Notes: a model not told the origin generated them from the sequence alone. DNA of 59,399 nucleotides, filler included, from Sphacelaria rigidula (GCA_964200075.2; 6 parts of 6 records of this genome joined end to end with filler, not necessarily neighbours in it), one strand, 5' to 3'; shown: positions 36,955 through 49,678, counted from the whole stretch's first letter. Translations and numbers: made by a program.

Positions 36955-38977
36955 GGACGTGATCCTCAGAGACTCGCACCTAGATACTAGGATTAAGATA
37001 CGCATCCTGATGAATGTGATTGTGCCAAAGCTGGAATATGCAGGAGAAGTATGAGAGGGCAACGGGAAGTTGGTGAAGAAGTTGGAAGCAGTAGATATGG
37101 TGGCAGATGAGAAAATACTTGGACGCTCGAAAACGACAAGTAACACAACATTGAGAGCAGAGTCGGGCATGTACTCACTTAGAATAGATTTATGAGAAAA
37201 TTGCGATGGCTACATAGCGTAAAGAACATGCAGAGAAAAAGAGTCAGCTAAGGCTGTGTGGGAGAAAATGACGAAAGGGCAAACTGGAAAAAGGTGGGAT
37301 AGAGAAGTCCAGAAAGTATGGAAGGAGATGGGACGAAACCAAGACGAACTACTGTCGAGAGGTGGAGGCGCGGGGTACAAGACAAAAGTAAGAGATATGA
37401 TACAAATAAGGGCAAGAGAAAGTAGACGAGGAAGAAAACCCGAAGATGTACAGGGGGGTGAGAGAGGGGATAAGGATGAAAACATATATATCTGCATGGC
37501 CCCGTGGACGCGTCGAAAAAAATAAAACTGCGATTTCGGGTGGGAGACGTGGACCTGCCAGAAAGAAGGAAGAGTTACCCCAGTCGTCTAGAGGAGGAGG
37601 AAGTAGATGCACACAATCACCCCATGTGGCAAAGCACCAGAAACCAGAACTCATATAATGGCAAGATGTGAGCTATACACGGAGGAACGGGACGTTGCTC
37701 GAGGGAAAATACGGGACGTGAATGAAGGTGACATGAAATCGTTTGATGCATTGAACAACAGTAGCGAGAAAACGATGGCTATACTAGGAGATAGATGGTG
37801 GCCATAGACGGTGAACCAGGACGGGGACAAGAAATGTGAAAAAAAACGTGTAGTGTATCGAAAAAACGTAATGATCACCTCAATGTTGGAGGTGTCTCTC
37901 TCACTAGGAGCGGGAACGGTGCTCCATCTTGAAAGCGATGCGTGGTCAATGGTCAAACGACGAAGGCAGGCAACATATGAGTACACCCCTCCCGCGCGCG
38001 CACTGCCCCTGGTGAAAAAAATCTTATCGTAGTACTGACCTAAACCTATTGCAGGATACATTTTTAGTGCATCCGACCAAATACATGAAAGATGCTCAAG
38101 GTAAGATGCACACCCTGGAGCACCCTAAGTTATCAGGGTACTTGAAGTACGCAGGACTCTGCAGTACGCAGTATAAACAGCCGGAAATACACAATATTCT
38201 AGGGTAAGCACGGTATCGACACCCCGAACCACCCTCCTCTGTCCCCTACTTCACCCCGAACACCTCCGACACATGAGCTACCAATAAATTCATCACTGGT
38301 ATCGTATTCGCTGTCTGTCGTCTGTCGTGGCATACGTTGAACCTAAAAATGGTGCATGGGGTAGGGTGCGTATCGTTTTGTATCCTGGGGTACCAGTATG
38401 TGCAATATCAAGTATTCGAGGGTACGAACGGTATCGAGTGCCGATAATACTCACTCCAGGGGACGCACGGGATCGACAGCCAAAAACACTCACTATCATA
38501 CGGTATACCCAGGGTATCAATTGTCGAAAATAATCAAGCATTCCGAAGTACCCACGGTATCGAGACGTTCAAGTCCTCTCATATGTGCCCTACTCCACCC
38601 TAAGCACCTTTGAAACACACCCCCTACACAGCAGCGACGGTATCCTTCCGGATCCAATACAAAGCGATACAGTTGACATACACGAAGCTGAAGTGGGCAC
38701 TCAACCCCACGTACTAAACGACAACGTGTGCTTCAACGAGCGCTTGCCGGGTCCTCCACAACATAGTATCTACTCTTGACCCGTTGTGTGCACCTGTACC
38801 AACGAGGGGGGGCAAACAGATCGTTCCGCACGCTTCAAAAATGTACTTTACATGGAATCGAGGATTAAGGAGAAGTGAAAACAATCGGAATTTGCTCCCA
38901 ACACCAGGCTACACAAAAACAAGATTGCATAAAAAGATTGAAACTACTAGTAAGCACGATAGGAGATGGGGCTGTAG

Positions 38978-39124
38978 TTAGTCCACATCCTCGTCTTCGC
39001 TATTAACCAAGGGTAGATGGCGAGCGCCGCGCCTTGCATGAGCAACCCTACTAGACCCTGGCGGCGACGCAGAACCCAGATCTGCGGCGATCTCCTCCAG
39101 TGTTTTCCCGCGGGTTTCCGGCAC
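38978..39124 (-). CDS. Last exon of an MFS sugar-porter family transporter
   Basis: AAG|GTG acceptor; VPETRGKTLEEI matches the sugar-porter PETKG C-terminal motif; TAA stop. Upstream exons lie beyond the scaffold end. Confidence 0.82.
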   Translation of the reverse strand: MPETRGKTLEEIAADLGSASPPGSSRVAHARRGARHLPLVNSEDEDVD

Positions 39125-39513
39125 CTTGTACAGCGTGATCGTACGCGGGAGAAGCCAGGTCAAGCATCGCGGGGGGGATATCAGCACAATTATCAAACGC
39201 TGCGCGTGTAGCATTAAAGTAACTGTTAACCCCTGGGAGAGATGACAGGAGGTCCTCCGACGTACATCGCAAGAGTCTTGAGCATAGATCAAGGCTATCC
39301 GTGAGACTTCTTCTGGGATCTACATCAGACTCTCCCTGCCTTTGCCTCGCTACAGCACACGTTCGGAAGGTGACCAAAACGCAGGCTTTCAAAGCCAGAA
39401 GATAACCACACACGCAAGCTCGGACGGTAAAGAGCTATCGAGACAAACGACATTCCAGTCCTACTCTCGCACATCCGAAATAGTACATGAAACCATCATG
39501 CGATCAGACAGAG

Positions 39514-39521
39514 GACACACA

Positions 39522-39555
<34 letters not shown>
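39514..39555. repeat. (CA)n microsatellite
   Basis: Direct reading. Confidence 0.9.
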
Positions 39556-39558
<3 letters not shown>

Positions 39559-40039
39559 GCACATGGGGGNNNNNNNNNNNNNNNNNNNNNNNNNNNNNNN
39601 NNNNNNNNNNNNNTTAATTAATTAANNNNNNNNNNNNNNNNNNNNNNNNNNNNNNNNNNNNNNNNNNNNACTGGCGATTGCCTTGGGCTTTTTCGCCTGC
39701 CACGACTCATTATATCTAGGATTCAAAGATACTTGAATCCGCTGCACACTTTCCACAAAAACACTGTTTGGAATATAGAGTGACTCATGGGCTTACGGGC
39801 TGATTTGTCATCGACAGTCCTGCCATGTCTCAATCCAGATTCTGACTCTTGAAAAGTTTCCCTTGATCGGGTCCGTCCCATCGCATTTGTGGAAATGTAT
39901 TCATCAGTCATTGCACTGAAGCCGAACAATGGTGTTTGACGGCCAGAAACACCCTCCCGATGACCAGGTATGTACTCGTATCGCCTGATGACACCACCTG
40001 ACACCAACGCTTTTGCTATCGAACTTTCGACTTCGGAAT

Positions 40040-40239
40040 AGAACCGGTTCACCGGAAAAACCGGTAAAACCAGCGTAATAACGTCTCTTTTTCCCGGTTA
40101 AACCGGTTTTCCGTTAACCGGTTTAACCGGGTCAAAAAACCTCCGGAGTTTTTTTTTCGTTACCGTTACCGGTTAACGCCTGTGGGGGTTTCCAAGAACC
40201 GGTTATAACCGGTTCTTTGTCTGCCGGTGCCCACCTCTA
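40040..40239. mobile_element. Terminal fragment of a hAT-like element with AACCGGTT subterminal repeats
   Basis: Dense accggt/ccggtt motifs ending GCCCACCTCTA; partner end not found. Confidence 0.5.
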
Positions 40240-41747
40240 GATTTCACCCACAAATGGCGCTACCGCTGAACACGCGGGGGGCGTCGTTCGAACGCATCCA
40301 CCCTGCCAATCCTTCAGCTTCATGACCCCTCCCTCCCCCCATCCCCTTTGCTGGGAATGATACCCCGTCACAGAGAATTCTTAGCTGACAGGGGGTGTTA
40401 TCCAAAGTTTGAGTTATTTGTGGCCGAACAGTGATCTATCTTGACACCTGACCGGTACCAATTCAAAACCAACAAAAGCTGGTAGTACCTTGTGTTTTTC
40501 TTGATGAGACTACAAACCCCCCGAGGAAAAGTACACGCAAGAGTTGCGTCCTGCCGTCAGGGTCCGTCAGATCCCAATGACGATACCCCTCAACACGTGG
40601 GGGGAATCGTTTGAACGTTTTCACCTTACCTTGCTGCCTTATGGCACCTCCCGCTCCCCCTCGTCTTTCGCGGAGATGATCAACGCATCCTCTCCCCGAA
40701 CACATGCACTCTGGAAGCTGGTGTTATCCGAAGTGTTAGCCTTTTGCGGTCGGGAAACAATGAATCTGAACACGTGATCGGTATCAAAAGAAAGCGAACT
40801 GTACAATCTACCCTAACTAATGGCACCTTCCGGTTCTCTCGACGAGACTAAATACATACTTCGAAGAATCTTATTCCGTCCCCTGAATAGGTACGCGATG
40901 GGGTCATGACCGTCAGGGCCCGTCGAATACGAATGTGTAATGTGGAGAAGGCTATATTTTGTTCAGGAATCGAACAGTTCACTCATCGACCAAGTGCGCG
41001 CTCACTGGTTCAATGGTCAAATATCCGCTTGTGGAACAAAAGGTCGGGAGTTCTCGTCTCTAGACGATCGATTGTTGGAGGAAATTGAAATGTGAAGAGT
41101 GAACCTTGCGACGGGGAAGGGCCCCCAGAGATCATTGATGTGTCATTCCGGGACGGACCACACAGCATATTTTTTGTTCAAGAAGCGAGCAGTTCTCATA
41201 CTGAACACGTGAGCGCTCACTGGTTCAATGGGCAAACGGTTTGCTTCCTGAACACGCTCCTGAAGGCGAGTGAGCGGTCACTAATAGGTATACACCTCAC
41301 TTGCTGATTCCAGACTACCGTACCTTCCCCCCTCCTCCCCGAGTCATGCAAGATTATGAGTACACCCACTCCCGCACGATTAGGTGAACATATCTTCTCC
41401 ACAGCCCTCATCAGGGGGGTGTTATCTGACGCATCAATCGTTTGCCGGCGGACTACATGATGCTTCGAAAGGCATGAGAGGTACGATCAAAACATCGATA
41501 CCCTTACTAAGTTTCCCTAAAATAGTGAGGGGCACCACCGTCCATTTGCGACAGACCACGACGGTGGATACCACCCCTGGGGACAGCTATTTTCATTTCC
41601 CGGGAAACCTATGGGCCAACCTCCATATGAGACTCCACCAATGCTTGGAAGATGTTTCGAATTTTGATGATCTCTTGAGTGTACTGAAGCGGCCGAACAA
41701 AAGCTGGGCACCATAAGCCAGCATGTTGATCTAGATTCAGATGAATT

Positions 41748-42006
41748 CAAGGGTCGGACGAATTAATGATTCGTCCGGAAATTACTTAATTATAGTGTAA
41801 TCGAGTCGAACAGTACGAATCAATCCTTGAACTTTGTTTTCAGCGTTGCAAACCCAGGTACGCGCAGCCCGGGCACGTGTAGTGGCGCAAAAGTTGCGTG
41901 GAGACCTGTTTGACCAGCGGTCAACTTTTTTCTATCTTTCGAGGAGTTAGGCCTAAGAAATCGTGGATTTGGTCATTCGAACCGGCGATGATTCATCCGA
42001 ACCGTG
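41748..42006. mobile_element. 259-bp MITE with 8-bp TSD (GATGAATT/GATGAACT)
   Basis: Homologous to 57208-57466; short imperfect TIRs. Confidence 0.82.
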
Positions 42007-42182
42007 GATGAACTGGTCGGGACCCATCGGTCTTAGTGCTGAAACTTCACCTGGTTGCGTTTTCATAACCTGTCTTCAAAACCACGAATTAGTAACATCA
42101 AATGAACAACGAACATTTTCCCGCCAGAGGAGGGTAAATATCGCCAAAGACACCTCGGATTTGGTGTCTGCTCAATATTTTC

Positions 42183-42581
42183 TAGAGCTCGGAAGTGGTT
42201 TGTCTAACCATTTACCAGTTGGATGGTTACACGTAGCGCTCTCATTAACCAGTTGAATGGTACGTAATGGTTTGGTAATCGAGCGGCGCAGACGCGAGCC
42301 AAAAAGCCCCCCCCGGCAGAGGGGGGCCCGCCGGAGGCGCGCCCGGAGGGCCCCGCTGGAGGCCCCGTGCCGGAGGCACGTTTTTACGCGATTTGGCTTC
42401 ACTAGAGCTAAAAAATACGGTAAATTTGGACTATTTTCAAGGGCTGTATATAACATACGTAGCCGGCAACGGTAAATAATGGTCTTGAACCATTACCCAA
42501 TTTTTTCATATAACCATGACCATTATTATTACCATTATAATGATAATCGCCAGTTATAACTGATACCATTTCCGAGCTCTA
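42183..42581. mobile_element. hAT-type MITE, internally deleted copy
   Basis: TIR TAGAGCTCGGAARTGG; TSD ATATTTTC/ATATCTTC; homologous to 56072-56718. Confidence 0.9.
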
Positions 42582-43924
42582 ATATCTTCAGTCGTGATAC
42601 GTGTCATTCTTCTCGGTTTTAGTCAGAATTGCGCCCGCTAGACTTCAACCTTGACTGTGGAACGGAAGTGCTCCCAGGTGAAATGGGGTTTCATTTTTGT
42701 CCAAATCACCCGACGAGTAATGAAACAACGTAACTTCCGCAGATCGATATCGCCTGCCGCAAGAGTCGGCCTAATGCCCTCGGCCCGAAGAGTCCATGTT
42801 CTTCAGGGATAGACCAGTGTCGTTTGGCGCGTGCTGACGCACCGTGTTGTGATTTAACACAGAGTTTGATGCTGGTCTTGAGATACTAGGGCATGTCGAC
42901 TAACCGAGTACTTTTGACCCCGTGACTGCGGGTCGGGTCATCCGTTGAACTGGCATCCTTTCCATTTGAAAAATGATCGAGGCCCTGATGACCCGGACCG
43001 TGACATGCCTAACAAATTATGTTCCTCTCTCTGCACAGTAAGGAGCGTCATAGACGCACGGATAGACACGAGAGTAGTAGTGAAACAAAGCAATGCTCAA
43101 ATTACGTACGGTCTAGGGGGGCAGGGTTTGGTAATGTTGAAGTATCCCCACCTCCCGCCCCTCACCTCCCGCGGGAAGGCATCCTCCATCACCGTCGTTG
43201 AATGTGATGTTTCCTACCGTGCCGCGTGTACAATCATCTGCCCTCGGGAATCCTTGCAATCCTCGATCCTAGAAGAGAGGCGAAGGGGCACCCAGTTTCC
43301 TGATTGGCCGGAAAACAAGCTCACAAATCTGATTGGCCAATATCCTGGCCGGTTAACCCTTTTGAGAGTGGAGTGGACTAACTGGGGGTGGGGTTCATGT
43401 GTGAATTGAATCGTCGTCATTTTCACTTGAAAACGACTGCAAATGATGCCGATTCACAAGTGGCCCCTGCTTGCATGCAAACCAGGGAATCACCCCTGGT
43501 TAGTGGGAGTCAAGTCTCACAAGTGTCGATGTTGATGTTTATTCCCTCCAATTCTGAAGGACGGCACTTCGAGACGACACGCCGGGAATCGTAATCTTCT
43601 TACTCAGACGCTCTGGTACTGTTCGGACAGTTGCCGGTTTCAGGAGCAGAGAATCTTTTCATCAAGCAGGCAGGTTATTTTTGGAAGCTGACGTCATCAC
43701 GCCCAGGCCAATCGACATTCGCAAAAAGTGCACCACGTACCGCATCTATTGTAATGTGTTTCCATCGCAAAAGACAACGGATTCGATACTGTACGCGATA
43801 TATTTTTTGTCGATGCAATCTTGTGTCCAGGATGTGAACGTCATCCATATCCAAAAGTCCCTCCGCTCCGAGGGGCCTTGGTGGCGTCAGCCGTCGACCA
43901 AGGATTATCAGCCAATCAAATTTC

Positions 43925-45379
43925 CAAGGTTGTGTTCTGTAGGGTACGGTTTGCTGTATACCCGGGGTAATTTGCCGGGTATTTACCGTACCCGACAGCT
44001 CTGTGACTTCTGCAAGACTTTCATACCGGTACCCGACAGTTCTGTCATCTCTGTAAGACTTTCATACCCTTACCCGATAGTTCTGTGAGTTCTGTAAGAC
44101 TCCCGTATCTTTATCGGAAGGCACGGGTATGCTCTTGAAAAAATACCCGATTGCCGCTACCGGTTTTCTGTAAGCCTCCCATTCTGTACCCGACAAGTCC
44201 CGTAATTTCTGTAAGACTTTCATCCAGTACCGGTACCCGACAGTTCTGCTAGCTCTGTAAGCCTCCCATACTCATACCCGGGGTTAGGGTATACCGCTAT
44301 AGATATACCTTGGGGATGTACGGATATGGGTTCAATCCGAACACAACCTCATGACCTGAATATGTACCTCCCATCGATCAACCCACCCAGCCCCTTCATT
44401 CAAAACTGCACACCAACAATAATTCAATATTGAAAACTTTTTGTGTTTGGGATCTGATGGGATTCAAGGTACCGCTTGAGTGGAGAAACGAAACATGACC
44501 AGCATTGCAGACCGTCAGGATGGATCACCCCCAGACTCGAGTGGTGGCTCGGGCGGGGGCGGTTCATCTGCGCCACCAGGGAATCAAGGAGCAAGACGCG
44601 CGTCATCGACGTTGATGGTGGTTGTGTCATGGTCGTCAAAGCCCAGGCCGTTGTCGACATGTACCGCACAGACTTTGAGCTGCCACCGAAAGTCGTCAAG
44701 GCCGTCGGCGGTTTTGTCGCGTGCCGAAGGGCCTCCAGAGAACGGTCAGCCGTCAAATGCTCCTAGGTCCCACCATAGGGGTGATGGCAACACCAAGGTC
44801 GTGTTTTGTAGGGCACGGTTTTCTGTATACTCGGAGTATTTTGCCGGGTATTCACCGTCCCCGACAGTTCTGTAAAATCTGTAAGATTTCCATACCGGTA
44901 CCCGACAGTTCTGTGATATCTGTGAGACCTTCATACCCGTACCCGATAGTTCTGTGAGTTCTGTAAGACTCCCGTACCGTGACCGGGGGGCACGGGGGAT
45001 ATGCTCTTGAGAAGATACCCGGTTGCGGGTAGGGTTTTCTGTGCAACCTTCATACCTTACCCGACAGTTTCTGTGAGTTCTGCAAGCCTCCCATACCCTT
45101 ACCCGACAGTTCTGTGAGTTCTGTACGGAACGTTACCCTAACCCGAGGGGCGGGTATGCCCTAAAAGAGATACCCGATTGCCGGTAACGGTTTCCTGTAA
45201 GCCCCCCATACCGTACCCGACAAGTCCTGTGATTTCTGTAAGAATTTCATCCAGTACTGGTACCCGACAGTTCTGTAAACTCTGTAAGATTTTCATACCG
45301 GTACCCGACAGTTCTGTAAACTCTGCAAGGAATCTCATACCCTACAGAACCTACCCGTATCTTACAGAACACAACCTTG
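43925..45379. mobile_element. Composite hAT-like element: two GTACCCGACAGTTCTGT-rich modules around a ~440-bp insert
   Basis: TIR CAAGGTTGTGTTCTGTA; outer 8-bp TSD CAAATTTC/CAAATGTC; inner termini near 44350 and 44794. Confidence 0.8.
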
Positions 45380-45509
45380 CAAATGTCTTCCTTCATCTTG
45401 TTGGCTAATTAAAAAACTGCGTGCTACTTTTCTATTATCTCTGCTGTGCAAGCTACGAGTGCTATATTTGGTAAAAAGTAGAAGGTTCAGACAGTATACG
45501 TCATTGTGT

Positions 45510-47592
45510 CTAAAAGACGCTGGAAAACATGCAGAGCGCCAGGCCTGTCCTGCACCGACCCTTCGAGCGCCTGCAGGTGAAGACCTGAGTGTCAGACTCG
45601 TCTTCCAAGCGAACAAGACGCCGATAGAGGCACACTCGGGCGGTCAAAAAGACCTGTTGTATTCCTGTTTTCTCTCCTTGTGCTTCGTCCTGTGAGGTAA
45701 ATCCTTCGTTCCTGTTGAACTCCCCACGAAACAAGCTCAGACGTCGACAAATAGGCATACCATCGGACCGCTCAATCCGTCGCCAGATACAGCATCTTAT
45801 TAAAGTTGTATCAGTAGCACATCCTCTCGGTTGCATTGCTCGACTTAAATCGGCACTATTTCACCTTGTTTTCCAAGTGTAAACGGTACCGATTCTACAA
45901 GATCACCTACCCTCGCGGTGGAAGAGTTAACCCTTTTGAGACCTGAGGGGACTAGCCGGGAGTGAGCACCCGCCGTACATCGGCATAGTTTTCACTAGAA
46001 AACGACTGAAGATTATGACTATTCACAGTTGGACCCTGCTGCGTGCAGACCAGCTCCTCAAAAGGGGTAACCCGTAGACAGCGAGCGTCGCCTCCGAACA
46101 GTTTCAAACGCTGACAGTCCAGGGACATCCGGGGGTTTCCAGGGGGCGGATAGGGTGGTTTTCGACAGGGGGTGGGGGCCCGTTCGCAGAACAGCTGAAA
46201 AGCTCACCAAGTCAAAGATGTGTTTCCGGAAGTCTTCCATGTAAAATTCTGAGCCAGGAAAGAGGCCCGAGAGGAGCGGAGTGGCCATTCTGACCAATCA
46301 CGGTTATCAAAATGGTCACTGTGTTCCCCTACATGTGGACTACAGGTGGACTCCTGCGTTGTCTAGACGTGTCTATATTTTTGATCGTGACAATTCAACC
46401 ATGGATAACAGGGAGCAAGTAACGTTTTTCAATCTGCCCGTGGACTATGCTGCCTGCCTGACCCTTAATGTGTTGCCAGCCCAGCTTCTCCCTGTCTGTA
46501 TAGTGTTGTTGTGGAAGACTAAGCAGAGACATCAGTAGCATGCAGTACACTTTGTTCAGTGGAGAGCGATGACACGTTGCCTCCTTCTTGCCATTGTATC
46601 CAGCGAAGACATGCAGCACACGCTCTGACTCTGTACGCAATCGACTGCAGGGTGAAAGCGGGTCAGGCGTTCCCAGGGACTATTTTCTACATAGTTGCCC
46701 AAAATTCGCATGCTTATGAAAAAAGTCGTTTTGTGTAATGAGAAAAGAGCTGTTCTGGATCTCAAATGTGGCATGGTCCATCTATCTTAGTCCACGGGGG
46801 GGGGGGGGTCGTAGTCCAACGGTTAATGGGACATTGAAAAATGACCATTGCGAGAGACAACAATACGTTGCATCGTACGTCGCATTGAAACGCTGTGCCT
46901 CGCAACGCGAACCGTACGTCTCGACACCCTCTACACTGCGCTGGAGACAACAAGAATGGTGCGATAAACAGGCAGGAAAGAAAGTAGAACGAAGGTTGGG
47001 AAACGTCTTGTTTTCTTCAGGGTCAGGCTCATGACAATAAACTAATCGTCGCACATTTGTTTATTTCGGACGAATCCAGCCGTGGTCGCTAGATAGACGT
47101 GCACGACGTCAACAAAACGGACACACTCGGTAAAACTCTAGAAAGGGAAAATATTCAAAGGAGGATGTGTCATCTATTCTAAGGACCGATTGCGTAACAT
47201 TCCCGATACCTACCTATTGTTATTTTGTTTCCGCCGAGCCGCTTGCTGCTTGTGAACACTCGAGAAGGTTGTACATTTTTCGAAAAATATGTTCAACGAA
47301 GGCGCCCACTACTATAATGAGGAACGTGAATATGGGCCGAGGCTTAATGTCTCAGATATTTTCTTATTTGCCTGGTTATTTTTTGTGGGATATTTCTCAT
47401 CAGCCGCAGCTTCCTCTTCCTTATTTCTTGCTGTTGAACAGCGCTAATAGGGGGCATCCGGGGTCTTCTTGAAGCACGCATGAAACAACGTGCTGTAGCC
47501 CCCGAAGCGGTTCCCGATCTCACACGCTACCCAGCGAAGGTACTTCGCGTGTGTGTACGCATTGAGGATGTTTTTCACGTGCACAGCAAATA
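45510..47592 (-). CDS. Tentative spliced gene or pseudogene of unknown function (exons 47592-47478, 46644-46576, 46289-46208, 45689-45510)
   Basis: Four CAG acceptors and three GT donors with matching phases (2, 2, 0) give a stop-free peptide; two donors are weak and no family was recognised. Confidence 0.4.
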
Positions 47593-48854
47593 CTGCGAGA
47601 AAAATGGAGCATAACAGTGCATGTCGCATATTTTTTCGTCTTGATTGGTGCCAAAAGTCTGTTTGGTGGAGCAGCGAAATTATTCTTCTAATCTACTCGT
47701 GGCCAGAAGGGGCAATCTTCTTTTTCGGGCGTTTATTATCTTGTGACAGCTTTCAATATCTCCTCCATGGTCTTGAAAGGCAAATCTTCTCGTTTTCTCA
47801 TAAATTGAGGCTCAATTTCTCAGCGTTCTTGGCAGCGGGTGCCTCATGTAGGGGAACTTACCTCAAACGGAGGGACCTCCTTGTTACTTCTCCAATTCGA
47901 TGGTTGGGAGACGAATCTTTACCCTAATCCCTCGTCTAACGCCATGTCCCTTAGTCCCCCGTCTACCGTTCCGTGTACGGTTTCGTGAACCAGCCAGCCA
48001 ACGGAAGGCAGCCCCGAAGCACGCCTGGCCAAATCACCTAAAGTCCTAGGACTTCGAAATCGGAATGCAAGAATCATATTGCCGGTGCTGTTTGTTGCGC
48101 GCAAACCCGCTGTATAACCACCGTTGTTGCAAAAATCAAGTAGTGTGTATGAGTATGCGTTTGCCAAATGCGAAGAAAATATTCAGAAAGAACGGTGGAG
48201 AGAAAATTGCGTCATTTTTCTGCCCACAACATACCCTGACAATTCCGTGTCTGCAGTCTCAGACGGTGAAGGTATTATGTGTATTTGTTGCGAATGGGTC
48301 ATTTCGGCCTGCGCAGAGCACGTAGCCAGGATCAGAGTTAAGAGAGAGTATCCCGAGAAACGAGGCTGAACAGAAAAAATGAGTCTCAACCCTGGAACAG
48401 TGCTTTCCCTACGCTGAGAATAGATATGCCAAAGGATTTTTTTTGTCGGCCTAATCTCCCTCGACCGTGTGGAAGCTGTTTACCGCCTTTGATCGACTAT
48501 GTAAGCCCACAGCGCTGAGCGGAAGAGTGTCATTATACCCTGGTTTTGGGGTCACGAATTTTCATGTATTCAGCGCTTCCGCTTCACGCTGGGGACTTAC
48601 CAAGTCGGTGAAAGGCACTGTAAGAGTTTCCACGCGATCGGCGGCCATTAGACTGACAACCGTCATCGGGTATAACTATTTTTCGTGAAGGAAAAACACT
48701 GCGTATAGGTTCAGACTCATTTTTTGCTCAACTTTATTTGTCAGGATTCTCTCTTAGTTGCTCTTCTTACTTCGCTTGGTCTGGACACGAGGCGAAAGGC
48801 AGAAGAGTTTTCGGCGACTATCGCGCTCATTCTCCCCATCCCCCCCCTACTATA

Positions 48855-49484
48855 CCTGGTCCGGCGAAAACCCGGCGTGCCCCGTCCCGGCTTTGTAGGG
48901 GGGACCCCTATGGGGGTTGGCGTCGATTGGCGATGTCGCTGTAAAACACGCCACTCACTGCGTAAGCTAGGCAACCAGGTTACCTTTTTTTTGCGCGCTT
49001 GCGTTTTTGAGGTTACCATAGTGGTGGCCGAGCTTGATCATATTATGTGGCGTGGGAGAACCTCAACTTCGCGTAAAGGGGGTGATCGTACCACGTAGTG
49101 TTTGTATGGTGAGTCACCCATGATGCAGTGTGGAAAACGTGACTGACTCTGAAAGTGACGATACTCGAAAAAGAAGCAGCTCATTGGAGGCTTTCATCCA
49201 AATGCAAGATAATCAGTAGGCTTCGGACCGAACAACCTTAGCAGGACGCAGGTCACTCTTCATTCGAATCGCCGAACACACCACGGCGCTTTGGGTTGAT
49301 GATTGACTGCGAGTTTGGTCCGGCGAAAACCCGGCGTGCTCTGTTCCGACCTTGTAGGGATGCGAGGTCAGTGGTCATATGACTATGACATGCATGATCA
49401 TGAGTAACCCCCCCCACCCATGAGGCAGTGTATAAGCTATGGCTGTCTCTAGAAGTGGCGATACCAGATAATAAAGCAACTCAT
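48855..49484 (+). mobile_element. Tandem cluster of the C-tailed retroposon (fragment, full copy 48908-49415, fragment)
   Basis: The full copy aligns end to end with 58873-59399; units are separated by C-runs. Confidence 0.88.
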
Positions 49485-49584
49485 NNNNNNNNNNNNNNNN
49501 NNNNNNNNNNNNNNNNNNNNNNNNNNNNTTAATTAATTAANNNNNNNNNNNNNNNNNNNNNNNNNNNNNNNNNNNNNNNNNNNN

Positions 49585-49678
49585 GTTTACGTGCCCTGTG
49601 GAGCGTCCTGTGCTACGCTGGAAAACACTGTACAGTAAAACTCCCGCCAGAAACACTGCGCAGGGCACGTAAACCCTG
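49585..49678. repeat. Tiny inverted-repeat element
   Basis: GTTTACGTGCCCTG / CAGGGCACGTAAAC, ending CCCTG. Confidence 0.6.

Larger units (their letters stand above)
33990..37900 (+). pseudogene. LINE ORF2 (endonuclease-reverse transcriptase), disrupted
   Basis: Motifs as above with many stops and frameshifts, two MITE insertions, and the RT core apparently deleted near 36110. Confidence 0.88.
31415..37993 (+). mobile_element. Degenerate near full-length APE-type LINE (clade uncertain)
   Basis: Endonuclease motifs KLRIGSWNV, GTQESW, GGVGFLV, GNIYMP, GDVNA, LDYI, TDH (33990-34740); RT N-part KNRKAA, WREG..LFKK, GFRPNRSCVDH, KAY..V; PKLEYAGEV; C-terminal PCG..E..H....C; ends ATGAGTACACCCC. The 5' boundary is inferred from the shared head and similar C-rich flanks. 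Confidence 0.85.
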
